Source: Cyanophora paradoxa CCMP329 (lineage: Eukaryota > Plantae > Glaucophyta). From it: a stretch of 64,000 bases of DNA. The stretch's first letter is position 1; each line of letters starts with the position of its first letter. Both the position numbers and the translations under genes were made by a program. Below are positions 22,778 through 34,384 of the stretch, in pieces. The notes under the pieces were generated by a model. It did not search any database and had not been told where the DNA came from. It worked only from the letters and a program-made list of their open reading frames with translations. The stretch lies in the NCBI GenBank assembly GCA_004431415.1, contig QPMI01000132.1, positions 1 to 64,000 on the forward strand. The letters run 5' to 3'.

Positions 22778-25700
22778 GTCCGAGATAAACATGCCCAATC
22801 TTGCTTCTGGTGGGGCTCCCGCGCAAAGAATGTAATATCCTCTCCTGAGTTCCCACTCGTGCACTTGTGATTTGCACATGTTATGATCAGCTGAATTTGT
22901 CGCAGTGCCGCACGCCGGGCTCGACCAACCTCGCCACGGCCGAGAGAGACCGGCTTCGGGACATCTGCATTGTCGCGTGCCAGGAGCTTGACAGGCACGA
23001 GCGCATTCCCAGCGCGCTGTGCATGTCGGACGACTTGCTCGCAAACCCGCGCTCCCGTGCGTACACGTCTAATTTTGTGTCTATTCGGCCGCCGGGCATA
23101 AATTTCGTTTATACGTTGGTATAGGTTTATTTGTTAATGGTTCCTGTCCTCACCCGCTCAGCTGCAGATAACGAAAAGATGCCGTTTGTTCAAGCGATTC
23201 GAGATGGGAAGCTCTCCGTTTTAAAGGGCGAGGACCCGTGGAGCGCTGTCCGGGGCTTCCTCAGGGGCATCGGCGCCGTGCCGCAGGACAGCTGGAGCAG
23301 GAAACCGTCAACACCGGGACAATTGATTGGAATCTCGCGGCGCCGGAGCGGGTTTCAGGGCCGCTTTATCTGGCACGGGCGCGAGGTGCAACCTAAAGTT
23401 TACGCTTAATTATAACGTCCAAGTTCGAGCGTAGCTCTCATGCCGATCAACGCTCGCGCAGGTCTCGACGCCGCGCTTCCATACGAAAGAGGTGAATTCG
23501 TGATTATAAATTAGCCGAACTTCGGAATTCTCGACTGGCTATTTGTTGATTATAAAACAGGAAGCCGCTGAAGTCCGGGATCGCCTCATTATTATCTGCA
23601 AGTTCGTCGAGGAGAAGTCCGGCCAGCAGCCACGCCTGCGGGGCGACAGAATGAACTACCCTCGCTCGGGTGCGTGTGGAACAAAGTTCTCGTTTCTGAT
23701 GCAGGCTCGAGCTCTAGACCTGAAGCTCGAGCGTTGCGCGCAGACTACGAGGGGGACGCCTTCTTTCTCGCACTCCAGCGGGGCGAGCTCGGACTCGCTT
23801 CGTCCGCTGCGCTCAGCCGCGCCGACGATCACCGCGACCGCGTCTACTCTTTCCTCGAGCGCCACGGCGGATGCACACCTCGCCGGAAGCTTAAGGTTCC
23901 TATTAATTCGATGAATCCTGATCATCTTCTTTCATTAATATATTCGCTTCGAATTACTTTCCTGTCTCTGCTGATCATGAGCCCTGGCTTGCCAGCGCGC
24001 ATCTGGTTGCACCAACACGCGCGCGGGTGAAAACGAGCACGCGGATGTTCAGGAAGAGGAGGAGGAAGAGGGGGAAGAGGATGAGGATGAGGATGAGGGG
24101 GAGGAGGAGGAGGAGGAGGAGTGCGGGGAACAGGAGAAGCTGGAGGAGGAGGCGGAGGGGGCGCGCCGCGTTCACGTTGGCGCGTCTGCAGCTGGGTTTC
24201 GTGGACTCGAGCTCCTCTCAAGGAACCACTTCTGGCGCGGGACTTTCAGATGGCGTCGCGCGACATTCACTTTGACGTCCTCTTTCGATGCTGAGGTTCG
24301 TCAATCTTTAAGATGCAAATGCGCATGCTGCAGTGGGAAATTTAAAAAGCATTTACGCAAATATCAATGCTGAAACGCGAGCTCTCTGTCGCATGTGCAC
24401 AGGAAGCGGCCCTTTGCCGCGACCGGGCGATCATCTGCTGCCAGTGGCTCGATGAGCACGACGGCGTCGCCCCGCGGGACCGCATCCTGGACGCCCAACT
24501 GAACTTCCCCCGGTCCGGTGCGCCGACTTATTCATTCACATTTCAATATATATATGAACGGAACAGGGACACTGCAGTTGCACTGCCCCTGTTGGAGGGG
24601 AAGGACCTCTAAAGGTCAAGCAGGAAAGTTCACCCCTGTAGCTGGTCACGTTAGCTTTGAGCCGAGATAGTGTGGACTCTGATAACAGCTCGGTGCTTTT
24701 TTCAGAAGTGGGGGAGGACGAGATCTAGCTCAGCGGAGGACTAGAGCTTCAGAAGCGCCGCCGCCCGCCGCGCCTCCGCCGCGGCGCCCCGCCCTGCGAG
24801 CTGCGCCGGCGTCGCCCCCGCGGCAGAACGCGCCTCCGCCCTGCCCGTCGAGACGCGCCGCCGCCCGCCGTGCCTCCGCCCCGCCCGGATAGCCGCTCTG
24901 CCGCCCGAAGCGCCTCCCGTCCCGCCGGCGAGCTGCGCCGCCGCCCGCCGCGCCTCCGCCCCGCCCGGCGAGCCGCGCCGGCGCCGCGCCCGCCGCGCCT
25001 CCGCCTCGAGCGGCGAGCCGCGCCGCCGCCCGCTGCGCCTCCGCCCCGAGGAGCGGGAGGAGCCCGGCGGCCGCGCCGCCGCGCCGGCGTTGGCCGGGCG
25101 CGGGCGGAGGCTAGCTATAGGCGCAGCGCTAGCGGCAGGCGCTTAGCGCGTACGCGGCGGAGGCCGAGGTCTTGGAGGTGATGTGATGCTTGCTTGTGGT
25201 TCGACCCGGTCGATTGCATGCGGGTGCAAGACTGAGGGTGGCAAGCATGAGTCGAGCAATTGCAACCGGACCCTTCCCCGCGGCAGAGGAAGCGACGAGC
25301 ACAGCCGTGCAGCATGCGCACCGATGGAACAGATGCGATGTTGATGCCCATGGCCAGCTGCGACGCTCGCTGCTGTGTCTCGCGGGAAGTGAGAGGGCGC
25401 TCAGGCCTAGGCCTAGGACGGCGCGCGCGGCGGGCATGCGCAGCCGGAGGTGGACGAGTTCGTACCTGGTGCGGCCGGAATCGGTGGAGCGTGGAGCGTG
25501 GAAGCGCCGACGGCGAGCGCACGAGCGAGCGCACGAGTGAGGCTCGAGCGGCCCGGCCCGGGCGAGCGATCCGATCGATGCAGCAGAGCAGAACCTCGGC
25601 GCTCACTCGCCGTGGTCGGTACGATGTCGACGGACGCCACGCGCGCGCGGAAGTCCAACAAGCCGATAGCCGGTGCTCAGCTAGTTGGCCAGCTAGCGAG

Positions 25701-28700
25701 CCTGTCGGCTAGCTTGCCGGCTTAAAGCACGGGTACTGCAACACGATATCGCCTCCAACTCTCAGGAGCGATTTTTTTTCAGCGTCCGGTACAACAGGTA
25801 CTTGAGGCGGCCTAGCGGGCCACCCTGTGCCCTCCGGTCTCGGCATGTATGACATGAATCGTTGGGCGTATCAGGCGCATTCAGGCGCACTCGGTCCGGC
25901 AGATATACCGCCACTTGGTGAGGCGCTAGATTGCATTTTCCGAAAATGTGTTATTGCCCATTCCAGGTTGACCCGACGGGACCCGGATCTCCCAGTACAC
26001 GTTTTTGGACTCCTAGGGACATGCCTTGCTAGGATCCGGCGAGAAAACCCGGGTTTTGGGAGGTCGGGACATTTCATTTTGGCCTAGGGTGGGCACCCGA
26101 ACACCCCCAAGTGGGGGAAGGGGAAGGGGGTCCTTCCCCAATATATACAGATTCAGAGTTTGATTACCTTGGCCTCGCAATCGTGCAGATTTTGAAGAAG
26201 AGCGGTTCTATGTCGATCTACAGGCTGGCAAGCTGGCGGAAGACATTGCGGCCAATCGCAATGTCGAAGCAACGTTAACGGTTTGGTCGATCCGCGAGTC
26301 GATCCGCAAGTTCCTTGAACTCCGAGGAGCGTATCAATCTCTCGTGCGCCCCGTTTCGGATAGATATTCATCTTCATATCTTGCTGTCAGATTTAACCGT
26401 CATGGGGCGCGCGGACATGGGAAGAGAAAGCGGCCGCAATCGCAAAAGCCGGCCATCGATCTGGACGAAGAAGAAGGTCAGCTCGAGGGTGGTGATCGCG
26501 GGGACCAAGACGATCAGGACGAGGAAGAGGACGTTGCTGCCGCCGACAGCGCTAGCTGTGGTGAGCAAGATCCAGATCATGCTTATGAGCAGCAAACGCT
26601 GTGCTAACCGCCCGGTCAATCGATATCGGCATTGCATTGCGATCGCAGCTACAAAACCTTTCAATTGCAAGGGTATTCGGAACGACAAGGCGAGATTCCC
26701 CGGCTACTTTCATTGGAGGGACATACAGTTCAGCACGCCGGGCGTCTACACCAACCTCGAGGTCCGCCCCGTTGTCGAGCTATCGTGCATCATGGCATCA
26801 TGTCTTCGTCATGAAATTATTTACTGATGACTCTTTGGCTGATGACGGTACCGGCGCGCGCTGCGGCAGGACACCGCGCGGCTTCGGGACCGCTACATTC
26901 TTGCGTGCCAGCAGCTCGACAGACTGCAGGGCGTCGCGCCAGTGCTCTCCTCCAAGACGATGAACTTCCCATGCACCGGTGCGCAGAAGCTGCGTGCAGG
27001 TGCCAGGTCTAGGGCGGTCAGCCCTTTGCAATTGCCGACGTCCGGATCCCGCGCAGACTACGAGGGCGAGGAGTTCTTCGGGGCGCTGCAGCGCTGGCAG
27101 CTCAAGGAGCCTGCAGCGGACTGCTCGGACACATATGCCGCCGCTCGTCTCGTCCGCCAGTTCCTCGCGAAGATGGGCGTCGCATCGACGGTGCCCTTCA
27201 GCTTGCCGTTGTTCATGCCTGTGATCGGCCTTATATAAAATTTCTCTTAGTCGCCACGCGGCCTGACCACGACCGCCGCGAAGCCCGGCTCCGTCAGGCG
27301 CAGAGCAGGGCGTGCGAAGGCTCCCGACGTCGAGGATACCGGTGCAACGTCGGGCGACGGCGAGGACCTCGAAGAGGGCGAGGACGCGCCGTTGGAAGAG
27401 TCCGGTGCGCGTGCGGGCCGCTCGAAACAGCACGATCAAAGCGAACTGCAGCTGAGATTTTCGACTTTATTTTGTTTCTGCAGAAGACGTCGCAAGGCGC
27501 TGGAGCGACTTGTATAAGCGCGGACAGGTATACAAGAGCTAGCCGTGTTTATCGACATCCAATTGCGAATTAAATCCTTGCCATTCATTTGCGCCCGCAG
27601 AGAGTTGTGGACTGCGTTGTCAAGCTTGACAACGACTACTTCGCTGCTTTCTTCCTCGAGGACGTGAAGGCGTGTGCACGTGCATGTGTCTTCGAATTCG
27701 GCGGTTCTGCGAAACTCGAGCATCCTTTTTGCTGACCCGTCAGCGCCGGCGCCGCAGGTCATCTCCCCGCCGCTGGCGTCGGTGGACGACGCGCTGCGCT
27801 TCCTCGACCGCTGCCGCATCGCGTGGTTCGGCCCGGACGGCGAGAGCCGCTACGGGATGGAGACCCACTTCCCCAAGACAGGTAAATTTGTGTATTGACG
27901 TTCGCGATATGCGACATCGTCCCCAAGCGATTTAAAAATTAAACAATATCCACACCTTTCTCCAGAATACACGTCCGAGTCCTGGTACAAGAAGCTCTTC
28001 ACGGGACCCAAGAAGCAGCGCCTGAAGATAGGGGACAACGACCCGGACTGGGACGAGGACCACGCCGCCGCCGTCGACAGAATGCTCGCCTTCATCGTGG
28101 ACGAGCTCGGGGTGCCTTCAGTTTTCACGCCATCGCAATATTTAATGCGCGGCCGGGCGGGGGGGTCTGACACGGCTTTCACGCAGCTCGCGCTCGATGG
28201 CGAGCAGCAGTCGACCCAGCCCGAGGGCTCGAGCTCCTCTGCGCCGCTCCCCGCGAGCTCCTCTGCGCCGCCCCCCGCGAGCAGTGCCAGCCCGGACGGC
28301 CGCGGCGAGTCGCCCAGCGAGGGGCGTCCCGCGAAGAAGCAGAAGACAAGGGACTCGGCCGCGGGCTGGGGCGGCGAGCGGGCGCAGGCGCAGCTGCAGG
28401 CGGCAACGACCGGGCTTGTCTCGAACTCGGGAGCTGCTGATCGTGATCTCAGCTCCCGATCGAGTTCAGCTGCAGCCGGTGTCGCCTCGAGCTCGAGCTC
28501 GCACGCTGTGCCAAGCGCAGCGGCGTCGACGGCCCCTCCACGTCTAGCTTCAACTGCAGCCACGGATCCGAAGCCCTCTGCTCCGCATCCCGCGGTATCT
28601 CCTGCAGGAACAGTGGCGGAGCTATTGTCGGGACGAGGCCGCTGTGAGGCGGCCCCCGCCGTGTTCCATGCCCCCTTGAGCCTGCCCAGCGCCGGCGAGG

Positions 28701-29995
28701 CGGCCCCCCGTGCGCACGCGCCGCCGGCCCGTGCTCCTGCCTCCTTCAGCGGCGTCCCCGGCCGCGGGCCCACGGCCTGCGCCGCGATGGCGCCCGCAGC
28801 TGCGCATCCGCCCGCCCCCGCAACAACGGCCAGAGCCGCGGCTGCTCCTGGGGCGCCTCCTGCACTTTGGCTTGCGCCGGTGCCTGCAGCCGGGCCGGGC
28901 GCCTTGGCCGCCGTCGCTTCTGGCCATGCCGCGGCGGCCGCTCCTGCTCCCTCCAATATCGAGCTGGGAGGGTCCCCCGGCCCGCCTCGCCCCCGGCCCC
29001 GTCCCCGTCCCCGTCCCCGGCCCCGCCCCGCCCCACCCCCTCCACCACCCCCGCCCCGCCTCCGCCCCTGCCCCTGCCCCCACCCCATGGCCATCCACAA
29101 CCCCGCCCCCGCCCCCGCCCCTGCCCCCGCCCCCGCCCCCTCCCCCGCCCCCGCCCCGCCCCCGTTCTCGCCCCCTCCCCCGCCCCGCCCCCGCCCCCGT
29201 TCCCGCCCCCGCCCCCGCCCCGCCGTTGACCCCGCGAGTCGGGCCGCGACTCCTCTGGAGTCTGCCCCCGCGGCCGGGGCGACGGCCAGAGCCTCAGCGG
29301 CCGCGGACGTGGCGGCGGCCGCGGCCGCTCCCTCCGCCCTCAACCCCGGGTCGGTGCGCCGCGGCATCGTTCGTTTCCCCGCCGGCCATGCCGACCCCGC
29401 CGCGTTCGCGGGCCGGGCGCAGGTTCTCCAGTGGCGGGCGCCCGTGGCCCTCGAGTGGCTCGCCGCTCGCTTCCTCCTCGCGCCCCACGACCCCGCGTGC
29501 GCCCCCGGGCCCAAGTCCTCTACGTTTGGTTCATGGACGACGGAACGAGCTCGGGGCGGCGCAGGTACGGAGCGCTGCGGCGGCTGGCGCTCACGGGGCG
29601 CATGCTCCTGCTGCTCCCGGCCTCGGAGCTGCGGTCGCGGGCCTGGGCGCTGCTGAAGAAGCTGCGGGCGGAAGGTGCGGGCGCGGGCGGGGCCGATGCA
29701 CACGCGCCCGACCCCGACCCCGAGCTTGAGGATCCCGGACACCCTCGAAGCGATCTTCGCCTCCCTCGACCGCGAGGTGCGCCCTTCGGTTCTACCAATT
29801 GCGTCCCTTATAATTAACCGTTGAACGCCCCAATTGCGTCCTTTTTTACCTAACTCTATGACCCTCCTCCCCCTCCGTGCAGGTGGCGCTGCTGGTGGAT
29901 GAGGCGAAGGAGGCGTGCGGGGCGGGGCGCGCGCGGGACGAGATCGAGCGCCTCGACCGCGCCCGCCGCGCCGAGATCGACGCCGCAAGATCTAG
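22778..29995 (+). CDS. Intron-rich gene with five AP2-like domains and Pro/Ala-rich C-terminal half
   Basis: Repeats such as GISRRRSGFQGRFIW...EEAAEVRDR...MNYPRS-DYE; EAALCRDR...LNFPRS-DFE; TARLRDR...MNFPCT-DYE. Start and stop are approximate. Confidence 0.7.
24553..26138 (+). mobile_element. Non-autonomous ~1.6-kb insertion in an intron of the AP2-like gene
   Basis: Flanked by direct repeat CAATATATA (24544-24552, 26139-26147). A second copy of its left end is at 17214..17599. No TIRs; terminal hairpin GGGGAAG...CTTCCCC. Confidence 0.65.
24560..24702 (+). ncRNA. Putative structured small RNA ending in oligo-T (Pol III-type terminator)
   Basis: Five consecutive potential hairpins followed by T6. 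A matching copy lies on the minus strand at ~17449..17591. Confidence 0.3.
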
Positions 29996-30036
29996 ACGTG
30001 CACGTACATGCACATGTACATTCATAATAATCGGCC

Positions 30037-30319
30037 TGTCGCGTGCGAGATTAGTGTGTCTAATCGTGCGCGCGAGAAGCCCGTGCGGAGTGCAAGCTCG
30101 GCAGGGCGGGGTTTGGCGAGTGCTGCTGCTGTTAGCCACCGTGATGGTAGACTGAGGGTGTACCCGTCCAACTACGGCGTACCCCGACACACGCATACAA
30201 ATGACCGCGGCGCTCTAACTAGCCTAGGCGCCGTCGGCCTAGCAGCACGAAGGCTGCATACATCATCTAGAGCCCTAGCGGCTCACAATCGAGCATCCAC
30301 TGTAAAGTCGGATGCGACA
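30037..30319 (-). repeat. Element B 3' LTR
   Basis: Direct repeat of 52966..53248 with TGTCGC terminal inverted repeats. Confidence 0.97.
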
Positions 30320-30333
30320 ACTCCTCCTCTCGG
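30320..30333 (-). promoter_or_regulatory. Polypurine tract of element B (CCGAGAGGAGGAGT)
   Basis: Purine tract abutting the 3' LTR on the minus strand. Confidence 0.9.
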
Positions 30334-31661
30334 ATCCCGCGTCCGCGCGGGTCTACGGCCAAAACATCATGAAAAGGGGCTGGCTAGGCCGGGAAGACCT
30401 CATGGCTCTAGCCACTATTTACAGAGAGGGTGGTCCCTGCTGGGAAATCGCCACCAATCTCGCCCCTACAAATATGTACAACGCTCGGAGCCGCCGGCTA
30501 CTGCCGGGAATCGAAAAAGGCTCCGAGCCGCTCGTACTTGGCGTCACCGGCGACTGCCGGGAATCGAAAAGACGCCGAGCCCGTCTACGTCCGGCGACTG
30601 CCGGGAATCGAAAAAGGCTGTCGCCCGGCGGGTGCCGGTACGACTCCAGCATGTAGTGCCCAGGGGGCAAGGTCCAACTTCGGGCCGGCGGCCCAGGCAA
30701 ACCCGCACGAGGCGAGCGGTACGGAGACAGAAGCCGAGGGGGGCCCTGCCCTCATCGCGCAGCACATTAGCCGCAAGAGCGCACGCTGCAACAGCAACGC
30801 GGGGCGTAGCGTCGCGATGGCGCTCGATAGCCCACAGCAATATGCCCGTCCCAGCGCTTAGGGATATGCAGCCCGTCGTGCGACGCTGCCTAGGCACAAG
30901 CCGCGCTCCCACAGCAATTGCACGGCATCGAATCGGGGGACCCCGACGGCGGTGGAGCTAGGGATCTCCAGGGCGAGGCTAGGCGCCGCCCACAGGGCTC
31001 AAACCACCGTCACTCGTGACGGCAGGTGCCCTGCCCGACCCGTGCATGCACGTCCATTGCGAGGGGGACGTGACCCTCCCAGGCGAACTGCCACCGAGCG
31101 TCCCCGGTGCAGAGCCCTGAATGGGGGAATTGTGCGTCCCCAGTCGTCGTACCCGGAGTGGGATCCGGCGTAACGACCGCCTGCGTGTACCCCCACCGGC
31201 GCAAGGCGCGCCCGGGTACACCGCCAGGTCTTACACGGAGGGGGAATGGACATCCCCTGTCGCTGTACCCGAGGCAGAACTCGGCGTCACAGCCGCCTAC
31301 CGACCCTTCTGCAGACGCGAGGCGCGTCCTAGGGCTCGGCGAGGTCTTCGGAGGGCCCCAGCCCTGTCACCGTGCCGAGCTGTGCTCAAGGCCACCGGCC
31401 GCCCGCGGCTCATCCAATTTGCCCGGGTCTTCATGAGGGACTCGCACCCTGTCACCGCGCCGAGCTGTGCTCAAGGCTGACGGCCGCCCGCAGCCTCTTC
31501 TCTCGGCTCGGGGCTTTCGCGTTGTGCGCGGGGCTCTGAGGCCCGTCGATCCAGCCCGCCTCGGGCGATCTCTTGCTCAGCGCTGCCAAGGGGCTAGCGC
31601 AGCCGCTCTCATGTCCTTGCCCTCGCGTGGGGTCGGGACGCGGCTCGGAGCCGGCTTTCCC

Positions 31662-33189
31662 TTAAGCCGCTCCCGCCGGAGCCGCCGGCGCTGCGGCCGC
31701 GGCTGCCGGCCCACCCGCCGCCTTGGGCCGCCCTCGGGCCGGCCGTGCAGGCGCGTTCGCGTCTCGCACGCGGAACGGGATCATGCAGTCGATATGCACG
31801 ATCGTCTCACGGGTGTCGCGCGCCTTCTGGCGGCCGGCGCCCACCGCGCCGTAGGGCCGCGCAAGGCCACGTACGACGTACGTGTACCCGCCCGGGTGCA
31901 CGCTCATGACGGTGAAAGGGCCGACCCAGGAGTTGAACAACCCCTTGTCACGGTCGCCCAGCCAGCACAGGACTTTGTCGCCCACGCCGAAGCGGCGGCG
32001 GTCCGGCAGGTCACCCGTCCGGTGCACCATTTGGCGGCGGTACCAGCGGCGGTACTCGCGCACTGCAGCCTCGCGGCTCTTCGCGGAACGCACTACGATT
32101 GACACGTAGTCGGCGTAGCTAAGGGTGTCGAGCATCTCGACCCCGAAGCGCACGTCCGCGGGCAGCGTGAGCTCGTGCCCAGGTGCAGGAGCGCGGGCGA
32201 GTAGCCCGTGGCCGCGTGCACGGTCGTGCGGAGCGCCAGCTGCACCTCGTGCACGTGCTGGTCCCACTCGTGCATCGGCTCGCGCTCGGCGCGGCACGCC
32301 GCGTGGAGCAGCGTCTTCACGACGCCCCCAGCCGCTCTACCAGCCCATTCGTCGAATGGTGGTACGCAGCGGCGTAAATGAAACGAGTCCCGAGCTTCCG
32401 GAAGTACTCGTTGAACGGGCCGCCCTTCAGGCTGGACCCGTTGTCCATGAGGAGGCGCAGCGGCACGCCCTCATTCGAGACGAAGTCTCGGCCCATTTCG
32501 AGCATGGACCAGCCGTCCAGGTCGGCTTTCGGGTACAGCCGCGTGTACTTGTCCCACGCGTTCACCCAGGCAACCAAATACCGGTTGCCGCGCGGCGTCG
32601 GGTCAAGGTGGAACACGTCCACCTGCCACAAGTCATTCCGGCCCTCGGCCTCGATGACTGCGATCGCGGTTCGCCGCGGCTTCACAGCCTTGGCGAACTG
32701 GCAGCAATGGCAGCTCCGCACGTAGCGAGCGACTGCCGCAAGCATGCCCGGCCACCAGAACCTCAGCAGGATCCGGCGGGCGACGATCGAGGCGCCGCGG
32801 TGGCCCCACCCATCGTGGTACGCGTACAGGACGCGGTCCTGCCAGGACTCAGGCAGGACGGGCACGAAGCGCCCGTGGGGCGCGGCCGGGCGGCGGACGA
32901 GCACGCCGTCTGTGTCCACGTCAAATTTCTGGGCGAATTTGACGAAGGCCGCCTTGGCCTGACTGCAGAGGTAGCAGTCGCCCGTCTGGCAGGAGGCGCG
33001 CGTGCAGCGCGCCTCGTTCACGCCGTTCTCGTGCCAGGAGAACAGCTTGCGGCACAGCGAGTCCGCCTTCTGCGCAGCGAGCAGCCGGACTCGCCGCGCG
33101 GGGAACATGTGGCGCAGGGCCTCGGGCAGGGGCCCGTCAAGGGAAGGCGGCGGCGCGCAATCCCAGGTGTCCTGGACCAGCTCCAGCAA
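31662..33189 (-). CDS. Integrase (element B; frameshifted)
   Basis: YHDGWGHRG...CHCC; QVDVF/MDNG/GLVERL; FGVGDKV...WVGPF; terminal RGRPK. Confidence 0.92.
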
Positions 33190-33595
33190 GCGCGGCTTGC
33201 GGCGGTCTCGGACCTCGCCCAGCTCAGGGCCAGGGGCGATGGCGCTGGACGAGAGGAGCTCCCGTTCCAGGCCCGCGGCTGGGCCGCCGCTCGAGCCGGC
33301 GTCGCCGCTCGAGGGCGCCTCAGGGGCAGCCGACGGCTCAGATGAGCCCGCTGTCGCCGCAGCGGTCGACGCAGCCGCGGAGGACGACGCCGCCGGGGTG
33401 CGCCCTCGGGCCCCTCGTCGGGATCGTCCTGACGGGGGTACAGCGGCGGGCCGCAGCGCCAGTGGCGCGGGTTGTCGGCCTTGCGGGGCGTCTTGCCCCG
33501 GCGCGGGGCCTCAGGCGGACGCTGGTCGCGCGGCAGGGGCGCGACAGGCCCCTCGTAGCGCCGCGGTCCCGACGGGAGCCGGCGGCGTACGCGAT

Positions 33596-33895
33596 TGTCG
33601 CATGCATGATTATCGTGCATGCGGAGCTAGATAGTGCAGCCTTCGTGCTGCTAGTTGCTAGTGCAGCCTACGTGCTGCTAGGGCCGACGTCGGCGTCAGT
33701 ACGCCTCGGCCACCTCTTATTATAGCTAATACGGGTACGCCGGGCCTGTCCGGGTACACCTCATTCATTAGGGATACAGTGTTACTTGCAATACTACAGA
33801 AGCGACAGCGATCCCTCGTGATCCACTGAGCCCCGTCGAGCCGCGCTCGACCGGGAGCCTCCCCGCGTGCCTCACTACTAATCCCGCACGCGACA
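33596..33895 (+). repeat. Element C 5' LTR
   Basis: TGTCGCAT...CGCACGCGACA; direct repeat of 38931..39230. Confidence 0.97.
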
Positions 33896-33913
33896 GGCGC
33901 CACTGCCGGGAAC
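33896..33913 (+). promoter_or_regulatory. Primer-binding site of element C (tRNA-Asp-like)
   Basis: GGCGCCACTGCCGGGAA directly after the LTR; resembles the complement of a plant-type tRNA-Asp 3' end (TGGCGCCGTTGCCGGGGA). Confidence 0.7.
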
Positions 33914-34384
33914 TGAATCTTTAAGGGTCAGGTCGGGTCGCTCGCGATCCCGCCTTCGCGCGCGCCGCGCACGCGCACCGTAGCATAGTAGTGATAGTAG
34001 TGACATTCCCAGCCGTCAGCTCACAGTACGCAACCGGTTACCCCGGGTGCCGAAAAGTGAGAGCCTGCGCTCCGGTGACCCCGGAGACTGGCTGGCTTGA
34101 GTTCCTTACCGGAACTCTTGCCCTGCGTGCTGAAGAGCCGGCCGCGCGCCGCGCTAGAGCCGACCGCCCTCGTGCGCGTCGAGCCGCCGAAGTTCCCCTC
34201 GAGGGCAACTTTGTGCCATCGCCGATCCCTGGCCTCCGAGCCCGGATCGCGCTCCGGTGTGTTGCGTAAGCAGCATATCGTCGTCTGTGCCGTCGAAATC
34301 CCGCGTTTTACGCGGCGACTCGGCCTCAAAGAGCTTCGAGCTCAAATTTGATCTGCCTTGTACTTGCCACTGTGAGAGCCTGCC

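Noticed and set aside
24688-24702. Cas9 tracrRNA/sgRNA terminator (TCGGTGCTTTTTT)
   Set aside because: Only ~13 nt match and the rest of the scaffold is absent; probably coincidence.
17214-24936. Single DNA transposon bounded by ~385-bp TIRs
   Set aside because: The right copy continues as part of a 1.6-kb insertion with its own flanking repeat, and the left copy is cut by element A; these are two dispersed copies.
25821-26091. MITE with CACCCT/AGGGTG ends and GGC TSD
   Set aside because: The inverted repeat is short and imperfect, with a single copy in the window; it cannot be distinguished from chance.
30483-30620. CRISPR-like repeat-spacer array
   Set aside because: Only three short units with irregular spacing, in a eukaryotic retroelement with no cas genes; better explained as anti-PBS repeats.
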